The position numbers and the translations under genes are program-made. The notes beneath the pieces are model-generated. The model was not told the origin of the DNA. It saw nothing but the letters and a program-made list of their open reading frames with translations, and searched no databases. Source: Vicugna vicugna (lineage: Eukaryota). Taken from it: 64,000 nt of DNA. Position 1 is the first letter of the stretch; each line of letters opens with the position of its first letter. The stretch lies in assembly GCA_013265495.1 (NCBI GenBank), contig MU059330.1, positions 13,959,980 through 14,023,979 on the forward strand, in the 5' to 3' direction. Below are positions 13,058 through 24,407 of the stretch, piece by piece.

Positions 13058-13769
13058 GAGCGCTCCCACATGCTTCAACATGAGCGCTGATGCCCCTGTG
13101 ACAGGCACCCGAACCACCAGCCGTGGGCCCTGGGGCGGGGGACACTGATGCCCGACATCCACAGGACGCCACTCGCGCGCCGACCAGCCGCCGCACGGGG
13201 AGCTCAGTGGGTGGAATTCACCGGCCACTGCAGTGTTGCTAGCTTGCTGTTGTCTCCCGAGGACAGAGCGTCCTCCGTTCTGCCTCCCGGGCGCAGGCCT
13301 GTGCTGGCAGGGGCTGGGGCTCTGGGGGCTGGTGCCGAGGGCTGGGCCTGGCTCCTCAGGCGTGAAATCAAGAAAGCCTGTTAGCCCTGGCCCACGGCTC
13401 TGTGGGTCCCCAGCACAGAAGACCCAGAGCTGTCCTGTCCTTCCTAACTACACAGTCCCCGCTCTGGTGGCCCTCTGCGCGCTGTGGGTGGGGCGCCTCT
13501 GCCCCGGCTCTCCGCACCACACAGAGCTCCCTCTTGGCGCTGTTACAAGGCTGGGCTGGCGCCAAGTCTTGACCCGGGGGGGCCCCAAAGGTGGCAGGAG
13601 AGCCGCTTACTCACCCCAAGTGTGGCCACACACTAGCCCCTTATTCCCAACTGCCTTCCGTCTCTCAGGAGTCAGAGAGGTCTCACTGTTACTGCCTGGG
13701 TGGCTCCACTGGCCCCAGGGAGGGACAACACGTCCACGGGGGATTAAGCCCTATTCCGTTTCCAAACTG

Positions 13770-14030
13770 GAGATAGAAAGTGCTTTGTCGTCCAACATTT
13801 GGGAAACAGAAGTGATGTTTAGCAGAGAGCAGAGCACATCAGCGCTCTCAAATAGCATGTTTCTTTATCTCATAAACAAATTATGCAAGCTCTCTCTTCT
13901 TCCAGAGTTAGCAATGTCACCATTAATTATGCAGCCGCCAACAATGAATTTGGAAACACGGGAAGGCGTGTCATGAATGTTTCAACTGCCGGCTCGTCAA
14001 GACATCATAATCTCTAAGTAGATCACCTGT
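13770..14030. promoter_or_regulatory. AT-rich unique island, candidate enhancer (POU/forkhead motifs)
   Basis: AATTATGCA twice (13879-13887, 13925-13933); CATTAATTATGCA (13921-13933) matches the POU4F-type site; forkhead-like ATAAACA at 13872-13878. Conservation not tested. Confidence 0.45.
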
Positions 14031-15749
14031 CGGCGCCAGGACCTCCTCCCCTCGCGATGAAGACTTCGGTCGTGGACTGGACACACCGGACGCCGGCTGG
14101 TGGGTGGCGGGGTGAACGCCCCGGGGTGGGACCCACATGCTTGCGTGACTGGCTGCATTTGGCACTATTTAGTGTCCGCATGTCTTTCCTTTTAGAAAAG
14201 GGAGTAAACACTGATGGCAATGAATCATCATTCCGACTCCCTTTTCTTCAGCAGCTTCACTCTGCTCCGCGCCCCACGCCTGCTGCGAGCATCCTTGCTG
14301 CCCTCAGCGTTACTGAGGTACCATCGCAGGGTGGGTACCTGCATTCTTTCTTGCGAACTTTCCCTGTCACTACATGACCCTCTTTGCCTCAAGATCAGCA
14401 GAAACCGGCTGGAGATTCCTCGCTGTCTCGGTCCCCATCAAGCCAGCACACCTCTCCCTGGCGACCGCGGTGCCCCTAAGCCCACCTGACCAACCCTCTG
14501 CCTGCGCCAGCTCCACGCCCTCGGGTTGGAGGGGGACTCTTGGGGGCTGGGGGCGAAGGCGCCCTGTCCCATCCCCCTTCTCCGGTGGGAATGGCTGATA
14601 ACCAAAGGACTCAGTCCTTAGCCTAACCCTGAAGGCCAGGCAAGAGTCATGTACTGACCAGAGCAAAGGGGCAAACGTCCCTGCGTGGGTGGTGGGCACA
14701 CGCTACGGCGAAGCGCAGAGGTCACTGCAGACTCTTCAAAGGGTGACTACCCGCGGGACTCACTCATTCGCCTCAGCACAAACCTGGAAACAGCATGGAA
14801 GAGGAGACACGCCTCTGCACACGTGGTTTAGGACGGTGCTGCTGAAAGTCCACTCTCCTTCCAAGAAGGAGAATCAGGGGGACGTGCCAGCAGCTCCGGG
14901 CCTCGGGGGCGACTGGCAGGGCCGCCTATGACCTCAAGGACACACGCTGCGGATGTGCAGCCAGCATCCCAAACAGGCTGCTTTCTTCTGCGAAATCTCT
15001 GCTAACTGGTCGCCGCGGCCTTCACAGTGTATCATGTCAAAGACAACCAGAATCCTAAACACGGTCGGTATTTGAAATTATTCCAAAGTAAAAGATACAC
15101 TTTTAAAGAGAAAAGCAACATGAAAAGCAAGTTGATTAAATCACAGCTTATCTCAGGAATGGTCACCAAGTCCCTGGAGTTCTTCCCAGAGATGTGGCGG
15201 TGAGGACACACGGCTGCCAGCTTCGCTGGGCTTCACATGAATTTCCTCAATACGGTTAATTACAATACAGAGCATCTTTTAAATGAATGGATGCGCAAAA
15301 CCAGCTTCGTGGGTAGCTGGCTACTTGGACGCAGGAACCCAATCCCCACCACGTAAGAGTGAAAACACAATACTGAGAAAGCACATGAACAAAGGAGAAC
15401 CCAGCCAGGAGAGTAACTGGGAGACGGTGCCCAGCAGCGCGCTCTGCGCATGCCAGCGCAGTCCCGGGGGTCGCCAGCGCCGGCGAGAACACCCCTCGCT
15501 GGCAACCCAGCGTGCAGCGGTCAGGCCCACTTGTGAGAGTGAGGACCGGCCCGGGGACTGGGGAAGAGCGCAGGGCCTCTGGTCGGCAGGCCGGAAAGCA
15601 GCCGGCCAGAGGGTCCCAGGTGTGAACAGAAAGCAGAGGGGAGGGCGCGTCCAGGCGCAGGCGGAGGGCGCGGCTCCGGGAGGGAAGGCGGAGGCAGACC
15701 CTGGCTGCCCCGAGTCGGCGAGGAGGCCTGGCCTCAGCACGCCGCGGCG

Positions 15750-16277
15750 CCGAGGGCCACCGCGCCTGCCATCCTCCCGGGCTGCTGGACACACGCAGGC
15801 GCCTGTGTACGAGCGTCACCCAGCCTGAGAGAGACAGGCGGGAGGGGCCGGGCACAGACACCGAGGGGCCGACACGGCAACTGAGGACAAACTGGCCAGA
15901 ACCAAGACGGCGGAGGAGCCTCCTTCCCGGTGACCTTGAGCCTCATGGCACACCCACGGTGCACAGTTCCTGGGAGCACCCACGCCTCCCCCGCGCAGCG
16001 GTGCTCCTTCTCCCGCACGCAAGTGCGTGAAGTCACAAGCCCGCAGCAGCGGACAGCCTTGCGCCTCGCGGCCGCGCGCTCACCTCCTGGGCCACCCGCA
16101 GCTCGTCTGCGGAGCGTGCGTCTCTCAAAGTAAACTTGCTTTCACTTTACTGTGCCTCGCTCTCGGGTGTTTCCCTGCGCGGGGCGAGAACCCTCTTCTC
16201 CAGGAGCACGAACGCAGACGGGAAGGCAGAACTCCCACAGCCCTTCTCCGGACGGAAGACGTGGGCACCCCGCCACA
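15750..16277 (+). mobile_element. MER41-like ERV1 solo LTR, GC-shifted; 5' boundary uncertain
   Basis: 'aagtaaacttgctttcactttactgtgcctcgctctcgggtgtttccctgcgcggggcgagaaccctc' (~16128-16196) parallels the MER41 R/U5 'aataaacttgctttcactttactc...gcgcgagatccaagaaccctc'. 'aaccaagacggcg' (~15900) parallels 'aaccaagatggcg'. Confidence 0.65.
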
Positions 16278-16979
16278 CTGTCCCCCAGAGGAGACAGGAG
16301 ACACCCGTGTCTGCGGGGGCCGGGGTGGAGCCCCGACGGTGACGCACGTGGCTCTACGACAGAGCTCTGCAATGAGGCCAGCGTCACGCAGCACTCAGGA
16401 TGGAGGACTGCAGTGCACTTCCGGCGAAGGACGCTGTGAGGAGGAGGAGGAATGCAGAGACGGCGGCTGTTCTGCTCACGCGTTAAGGCTACGAAGTGAG
16501 AAGCAGCCCCTCGGGGCTCCCTCCGGGTCAGAGCCCACAGCCTCCGAGGCCCACGTTCAGGACGATGGACACAAAGGTCAGAGGGGACGCTAGAGGGGCG
16601 GGACAGTCAGGCAGCCTCAGGCCACTGCGGGGCCTTTTTAACTGCGGGAAGGCACGAGAAGGAGCTCTGTGAGCTTCCAAAAGCTGTTCTGAACAGGCCT
16701 CCTTCTAAGAGCTTGGAAAAACCAGTTCTACATAAAAAAAGAGCAACAGAAGAGGATCAAAATCAAATCGTCCACCAAATCCTTCTAAGAAGGAGAGGAA
16801 AGAGCCGAGTGCCGTCCCCACACGTCACCAAACGTGCAGAAGAGGCACAGGAACAGAGCGAGGCTGCGCCTGGCTGCAGAGCCGGCCGACTGCGCCAGAT
16901 CGACGGTGTAAATGTGAGGACAGGCCACTCAGAGCAGGAAAGCTCAGAGACGCGCTCCCGTCGCCCAGGAGGTCATTAG

Positions 16980-17300
16980 AAATATGAGGAAAGCACTTCA
17001 GATGCAGAGTAAGACAGAACACAAGAGCGAAGAATGCACTCCGGAAACTGACCCAGCATTGCAAACCGACCGCAGTTCAGTTTAAAAAATGAAAATGAAG
17101 CAGAATTAATTAATTGATTCCTTTTCAAAAGGAAAAGCACTGTAACCTTGACATGTACGGAAAACAACACGCTGAAGTTTACAAAAGCATTAAGCTGCTT
17201 ATTTTTATCCGGATATGGTCTCATTTTTGAAACTAAGTGATGAAAGATAAAAACCAATAGAACAGGAAATAAAATCAATGAATAAGGAAAACGATGGCAA
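16980..17300. other. AT-rich unique island with homeodomain-type motif
   Basis: AATTAATTAATT at 17104-17115 followed by GATT. Not recognised as a repeat; function inferred only. Confidence 0.3.
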
Positions 17301-17359
17301 GAGAGTCAGAACATCCTGATCATAAAAACACGTCGGAAAGAGATCTCAGCATTCGCAAG

Positions 17360-17740
17360 GACGTGACAAATACTGGAGGCAGAGAGAGCCCAGGACACGA
17401 GTGACCGGGAGAGCAGGCACGCAGGGTGGGGCGGGCGTGGGGGGTCCCGTCCTCAGGGGAACGGTCCTGGCGGGAAGGAGCGCGCGGTGACCACAGGCAA
17501 CAGCAGTGTCCCTGCATTTGAAGGTCACTAAGAGAGTAGATTTTTTTCCTTTTTTTTTAATTGTAAGAGAGTAGCTTTTTAAAGTTCCCCTCCCCCCACA
17601 GACAGAAGAAGCTACGTGAGGTGATGGGTGTGTTAATCTCGCTGTGGAAATCGCTGTGCAGTATACATGAGCATCAATCACACCGCACACCTGCAACTCA
17701 CTCAGTGGTACCTGTTAGTTGTATCTTAGTAAAGGGGGGG
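17360..17740 (+). mobile_element. L1MA/L1MB-type 3' end
   Basis: 'tttgaaggtcactaagagagtaga', 'ctacgtgaggtgatgggtgtgttaa' and terminal 'gttagttgtatcttagtaaagg' correspond to the L1MA/MB 3' UTR. Confidence 0.8.
17540..17563 (-). mobile_element. ~24-bp retro-insertion (L1 terminal 'caatt' + poly-A) with TSD
   Basis: Direct repeat taagagagtag at 17529-17539 and 17564-17574 encloses a T-rich stretch whose reverse complement contains 'caattaaaaaaaaaggaaa'. Confidence 0.55.
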
Positions 17741-19089
17741 AGCCAAATAGAAAGAGTAAAATAAGCACTAACGACTGTCATTCAAGAAAGAGTTCCTGAA
17801 ATAAACTTTCAAAGGATTGGGACGATCACACAGAAGGCAGCCGGCCTGCTGTTGGCTTGGGCAGGCCCCATCCCGCGCGCCCCGGCCGCACTCGCCCCCT
17901 TCTTCAAACTAGGGGAGGACCGGCCCCCGCTGCCATCCCCTCTTACAGCCAGACAGTCCGCAGGCTGCCGGGCCCACGAGGACAGCTGGGAGGGCTTCCA
18001 TTCAGGAGCGGGTCTTAGATGCGGAGGTCCCCCGAGGTCTGAGTGCCCAGAGGGGACAGAGCTGAAAAGCCGCTGTCCAGCCTGCACACGCCAGGACCCA
18101 GGGACCACGATCCAGTGCTGCGACCCCTGCACAGAAACCAAGCGGCAGGCGGAGGAGGGGAGGGATGTGCTCCACTTCGCCCGCCCCGAGGCCACCCCAG
18201 GAGGGCAGCGAGGAACTCTGGGCGGTGGGCGGTGGGCGGTGGGGCAGGGTCCGGGTCCGCTGGTCCTGCTCCCTCTCCGGCCCCTCCCGCCCCAAAGGCC
18301 CTTCCGCGCGAGGCGGGCGTCACAGGTGCCCCCATGCACCCCGGGGCCCTGTCCCAACTGGAGTGAGACCCCAAAGTCGGCAGCCAGGATCACCAGTTCC
18401 AAGGGCAACAGCGCCACCACTGGGTGGGCGCGGAGAACGCGCCGACTGGGGGGACACCGAGAGGGGCAGGGGACCCAGATGGGCCTGGGCACAGGGGGAG
18501 ATGGCTTGGGCAGGTCTTCTAACTCCTAACGCCTTAACGAAGATGACAGGCCCTCGAGGAAGCAAAGGGTCCCCTCTCGTGTCCTCCTCCCCCCGCCCCA
18601 GCCTGGGCGCGGTGCGTGGAGACCTGTCCTGCTCTGGGCTCAGGGAGACGTGCATGGTCCATGGCTGTCCTGGCTCAGGGGTGGGGGTCAGCCCTGACTC
18701 GGCCCAGCCCCTCTGCTCCCGTCCCTAGTAAACAGTTCCTTTCGGAAGAGACCACGGGCCCAGGGGCACAGCGGGCTCTCTTCACCCCAAGTCCCTCTAG
18801 CAGCTTGGGACCCTCACCTCCTGGGCGGGGTGGGGGTGGGGGGAGATCTCCTTCCTCTGCGGGGCCGACCCCACACACCCCACGCCCCTGGGTGGCCAGG
18901 TCAAGAGCTGCCTACGACTGACACAAAAATGTAAACTGACTGCACTTCAGTAAGTGTATCTGTGCAAAAAGTCTGTTTTTCAGAAGGGCTGCCTACGCCC
19001 CCGCCCCGGGCGTCCAGCGAGCTTGCGTCTCCCAGGGGCCGGGGCAGTGGCACCGATGAGGCACCGCTCCATCTGAGGCCGGTCTCTCT

Positions 19090-19170
19090 GGGGTGACCAC
19101 CTCTTTGAAGTTTGCCCAGGACTTTCGAGTTTCAGAACTGAAGTCCCAGAACACCCCTCTCACTGGGACC
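19090..19170. mobile_element. hAT-Blackjack MITE fragment (MER94-like)
   Basis: 'gggtgaccac...gtttgcccaggactttcgagtttcagaactgaagtccc' resembles the remembered consensus 'agggtgaccaa...gtttgcccgggactgtcccggttttagcactgaaagtccc'. Confidence 0.5.
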
Positions 19171-20114
19171 CCTGGAAGCCCCGCAACCCAAGCTCGGGGC
19201 TTGGCTGGTGCAAGAAGAGGCCTTTCCCACCCAGAGAGGCCGTCCACTGGGGAGTGAGCGTCACGCCCCGGCAGGCCTCACGTGGACGCGGCGGCCCGGG
19301 CCGTCATCCCGAGGTGTTCTCTTGCCAACGTCTAGCCCCACGTGCAGGCCCAGCACCGTGTGCAGGGCCCAGCTGTGCTGGCCGGCAGGCGGGGTCTCAT
19401 CCCTGGGTCCCTGGGTGAAGACAGACAGAGGGCTCTGGGACAGAGGGAGGGGGCCTGCTGGGAAGAGAACTCCACGGAGGGGCTGTGCGGAGAAGCCGCC
19501 CGAGTCCTGGAGGGGGTCCCCAAGTCTCCGCAGGGCTGCTCCTCGTGCTTTCTGTTCTTAGGAGGTCTTCTCGCTCTCCCCAGGTCTGCAGACCCTCCCC
19601 TCGGAGGCCACCTGCACCCCTGCCCAGCTCCCTGCTCCTGTCACAGAACCGGCTCCCGCCCGGCGTGCGGATCGGAGCCCGCAGCCGCTGCTCTGTGGGC
19701 AGAATCACGGGCTCCCAGGCCCCCTCCTGCCTCTGACGCCCTGCTTGGCGCCTCTTTCCACCCCAGGTTCTGGAGGGTTCTCTCCCCCCTGCTCCCCAGC
19801 TTGGCTGAACTCCAGCGTCACCGCTGTCACACGCACCCCCTCCCCGGACCTCAGGTGAGGTGCTTCCCATGGTCCCGCCCCTGCAGCCCACACCGTCCGC
19901 CTCCCTCCTCCAGGAGACCTGGTTTACACGGAGCAGACATCCCTGCCACTCCTTGTTTTCCTGTGTCTTTCTTATCCTGCCACACACAACCCCACTCTTT
20001 GCTTCCTCCCTCCTGACACCTCCCTGCCTCCCAGGCTCTCACGCTCTGCTCTGGGCTGGGGCTCCCTGGACATCCAGCCCTTGGTCAGAGTCAGGGCTCC
20101 CTCCCTGAGCACGT

Positions 20115-20130
20115 CAGCCCTCTGGTGGCA
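20115..20130 (-). promoter_or_regulatory. Candidate CTCF site
   Basis: Reverse complement TGCCACCAGAGGGCTG matches the CTCF core CCACCAGAGGGC. Motif only. Confidence 0.5.
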
Positions 20131-20191
20131 CTGCTCACTGGGGTTGTGCTGGTCGTGGGCACAGCTCACGTTCTCCATCCAACCAGCGGGG

Positions 20192-20207
20192 CCCCCCCCC
20201 CCCCCCC
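20192..20207. repeat. (C)16 homopolymer
   Basis: Read directly. Confidence 0.9.
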
Positions 20208-21779
20208 ACTCGCCAGCCCCAGCCCAGCCGCCGACCCACTGAGCCAGGAGGGGGGCCTCTCCTCCCCGGCGCTGGCCCTGAGCCCTCAGCTGGTGCCAGG
20301 AAGGAAGGAGGGGGCAGCCCCTGAGCTCACAGGCTTAGAGGCACCCCGAGCTTAGCCACAGTGGTCACCTGAGACCAGGGGGACAGGAAGAAGCAGCCCT
20401 GGCTTTGAGGCCCACGGAGGCCGGAAGGGGACATTTGGGGTAACCACTGCCACGGAGCCATGGCAAGGGGGCATGGGGGCGAGTTTAGGGCCCTCGTCTG
20501 CAGTCAGAGGGCCAGACCCGGGAATCCCCCTCTGCCACCACCCTCGGCCCTGAGGCTCCTTCTCAGCCTCCCCCCGGTCGGCTGGGACAGCGCTTCACCT
20601 GCTCCGCGAGGCTGGAGAATCAGTGAGCGGGTACGGGAAGGGCTTAGCAAGCATCCCTCTCACTGGGGGGTGAGAAAGTGTTTGAAATAACACCACAATA
20701 TGTTAGGAAATGACTATTGTAAGACATTCTAGGCTGGAGTCCCTCTCTCTGCTCTGTGGTCAGAGCAGCCGGGCGGGGGGCTCCGAGCACCTTGGTAACA
20801 GTCACATCCAGTGCAGGGAGCCCGTGCAGACCCGGCTGCTCCGGGTGTAGACGGGTGACTGCCCGACAGTTCCCGTATACGTTCACAGCTACTTTCCTCG
20901 GAGAAGTGAAACATGGGTCCTGCAGTTCAGACTAACGAGCTATTTCAAGATCTCAGCCATGAGAGCAGAAGTTCACCAAATTTCAGATGTTAATTTGGAG
21001 GTATTTCAGGCGCCGTCTCAGTCCAAGTCTAGAGCCCATCCTGTCAACAGAGTGCGATGAGGTAGCGCAGTGCAGGGCAAGTGTCACGGTGTGACGCATG
21101 TGATACAGCGTGGCACAGTGTCATTACCCTGGCTCCGCGTTCCACAGTGTGACAAGATGCAGGCGGTGTGGCACCGTGCACAAGATGGGGCCCCCTGCAG
21201 CCCCTCCGCTGACACCTGCTGCTGGGACGCCGTCCTCCCATGTTCAGTCTGGGAGCAGCCCCAGCCAACCACCTGTGTGTCCTTGGACATAGAAGTCCCC
21301 TGCGTCCCCACTCGCACCCTGGCCTTTGTCAACACCTGCAGTCTCGTGGCCTTTGTTTGGCCTGGACACCTGAGCATTTCTACCTGCAAAGGCAAGAGCC
21401 CGGGGACCTGGAGCAGCACCTCAGTCTGCAGTTCCCGGTCACTGGAGGTGCCATGCTTGTGCGTGAAGGTGGCCCGCATCCTCCCTCCTGGGGTTCCTCC
21501 CGGGGCTGTGAGTTCTTTGGAGAGGCCGGGAGGATCTGCTGAAATTTCAGCCCCGGGGAAGGCAGGGGAGCCTGCGCAAGGGAAGGGGCCCTCTCTCCCC
21601 CACTGGGAGGCAGCGACGCCCCCCGGGGGCAGAGGCAGCTTCACCTCTCACCCTCCCGTTTGCCTGTCACTTCCTTCCCCGCTTCCGGCTCGGGCTGGAG
21701 CCTTCGGTGCAGGGCTGAGCGGCAGCGTGGGGGGCTCTCTGCCGCCTTCCCCGACCTGGAGGGGAAAGCGCTCCGTCTG

Positions 21780-22400
21780 TCACTGAGCTCGCTGTAGGCT
21801 TGTCACTGACGGTTTCCATAGGGTTGAACCCTCCCTCTGTGCCCAGTTCGCTGAAACTGCCCGTCAGGGGTGTGCTGGATTCCCTCCGACTGTCCTTTAG
21901 TTTGCGTGATGTGCTGTCCTCCTGAAATACTGCTGGACTCAGTTTTCTAAAATTTGCCAACAGTTTTCCTCCTGCGTGGGTGAGAAATGCTGCACTTAGT
22001 GTTTTTGTCTGTTCGTCTTTTACATATAATGTCTTGGTTCGAATATCAAGGTGATGCTGGTTTCATGTACGAGCTGGGAAGTGTTCCCTCCTGTTCAGTC
22101 TCTGTGAGTTTGTATACGGTCGGTATTTCTAATAAACCTGCATTCCTTCCTCAAGTGTTTGGGTGAACTCGCCAGGGAACCCACCTGGGACGGAAGTTCC
22201 TCTTGGGAAGGTGTTTGGCTGTGGACTCGATCCCTTTTCCATCTGCGAGACACTCTGGGCTGTGCGTCTTCTCCCGAGCGAGCGTCACGGTCTGTCTTCC
22301 AGGGGCTTGTCTGTCGCATCCAGGCTGCCGCCTCTGCTGCCGCACACACATCTCCTTTCAGCGCCCGCAGGCCCTGCAGACTCACGTGCGTCCCTGCGCC
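21780..22400 (-). mobile_element. L1 ORF2 relic, antisense
   Basis: 'tatcaaggtgatgctggtttcatgtacgagctgggaagtgttccctcc' (~22044) and 'gtttgggtgaactcgccagggaacccacctggg' are L1 ORF2 antisense landmarks. Confidence 0.8.
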
Positions 22401-23719
22401 CGGGACCCAGGCAACAGGCTGCCTCTTTCAGCACCAGCCCGCCAGAGCCGGCTTTTCCTTTAACAGAAAAAGGAAGCAGCCAGGTGTTCAGAGCCCACAG
22501 TTCCTGGGGTGTAGGTGTGCTCCTCCTGCCAGCACCGTGCTTCTCCCGCCAGGGCCCCGTCGTTGCACACGCCTGGTCCCCCCGCCACCGCGCAGGACTC
22601 CAGGCAGCTAGCTACCTCTGTCCCCCTCTGTCCTCAAACCGAGGCACCTTCCAGCTGAGTGGCCGACTCTTCCTGAAGACGAGGGGCGACTTCATGGCGG
22701 GAGCCGCAACCCAGGACCGGGGGGGTCAGCAGTCAGCCTCCCCCCACGGGAGCAAGCCGTGCGCTGGCGGCCGCCGCCCTGACCCAGGTCTTGGCTGCCC
22801 GTTAGAGAAGCACTGTCCTGTCCTGCGAGAGCCCGGCCCCCGCCCGCCTCTGGCCGGGGTGGAGGGCCCAGAAGACCCGCTGAAGCCGGTCCGTCTGAGT
22901 CTCCACCTCCCTGGTAATGCTGCACCCCCCACCCCATCTTCCGTAACCAGAGGCCCTTCAGTCCGTTTTCCAAATGGAAGCAGCCCTGCCTGGGCCTCCC
23001 CATGGACACGCCACCGGGCTCCGCGAGCAGCCTTCCTGGGCGGGCCCTGCGGGTCAGGCGCGTCCACGGCAGCACCACGTCCCTCCCTCCCAGTTCCCGG
23101 GGCGGCCGTCAGAATTGGAGATGAGCGGCTTGATTGACTGAACAATTTCTACTGTGAGACCCCCAACCACCCAGGCCTTCACAACTATATTCAGTAGAAT
23201 TTCAGCCGTTCCACATGCCCCCCCAGTAACACGGCTGCCATCGAAGGCAGACACGGCCGCGCGCAGTCGTTTTCCGTGCACCGTTTCCATCCTCAGGGCC
23301 ATCCTGAAAACTGTGTTCCTCCCACCACAAGTGTGGAAACAGAATCTCGCAGGAACTGCGTGAGCCGATTACAGGCACACAGGTGGTCGGTGAGGACTCA
23401 GGACCCGAACCCAGGCCCATCGTGTTCAGAAGACGCACCACCAGTGCATCTCCGTGTGTCCGGAGGGGCCTAGAAGTTCATACGGCAAACTCGCTGTCTG
23501 CGCCATGAAAGGTCAGAGTGGCTTGAGGCCTCTGTCAGAGCAGAAGGACTTGGCGGCGCGCAGGGCCTGTCGCCGGCGCAGTTCTCAGCCCCTCCCAAGG
23601 GGGAGGCTCCCGTTCCTGCCGCCTCTGGCTGGGACACCTCAGGGTCCTGTAGAAAACTCACTGGTGGGGCCAAGGAAGCCAGCAGAAAGTTTGACCGATT
23701 TGTGGAGTGATGTCGCCAT

Positions 23720-24000
23720 ACTGAAATGAACTGCTGGCATCTTTGGGGCAGATTCCAAAGAACCCGTGACTGGGGGCGCCTGCTATTCAATTCAGATCTT
23801 TCTTCCTTACACATAATGAATAAAATCAGACCTTACAATGGAAGTGGGCCTGCCAGCCGAGAGGAGAGCCAGATGCTCCGGAAACCAGGCTGTGATTTAC
23901 GGTTCACAGACAGCTGGGCGACCTTAACTCCCTGCTCCAGCGCTCAGCGTGGCCGGCGTCAGCATCTGCCTCAAACTTCATAAAATAAAGGTGCAAGAGA
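23720..24000. promoter_or_regulatory. Unique island with PBX-HOX/posterior HOX motifs, candidate enhancer
   Basis: TGATTTACGG at 23893-23902 and TCATAAAA at 23978-23985 in non-repetitive, relatively AT-rich sequence. Confidence 0.35.
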
Positions 24001-24407
24001 GGAGTCGGTTTGTGACCACACTTGTCAAGCACCCGGGTCATGCATCACGTGCTCATGCAGCCCTGTTGCCAAGTGAGGGGCATCTTCCCGCAAGGGGCCT
24101 GTGCCACCACTAGTCTCCCTGGAAGCAAGTGCCACGCACGGCCCCCGGCCCCGGACCTCACCCAGAGCACATGGCAGGCAGGGGATGGCCCCCACCATGT
24201 TTATAAGGCAAAAGGCAACTGGTCCGCCGTGTACGGGACCCTGGGTGGCAGATGCAGTCTGAGGCCCCCCACGCTTTGCCCAAAGCATCTGACAGGCTGC
24301 GGTCAGCGGCCTTGTCCAAGCTCACTGCGCCACTGGCCAGGGGACCAGGCCTCTCCGAGCAGAGGGTAGTTCATCTACAAAGGGGGCTGGTGGCCCCGGT
24401 CCTACAG

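Noticed and set aside
18364-18381. 'ADFGVS' kinase DFG-like peptide in the minus-strand ORF 17809-18492
   Set aside because: No HRD/catalytic loop or APE motif nearby and no fitting splice acceptor; a six-residue coincidence.
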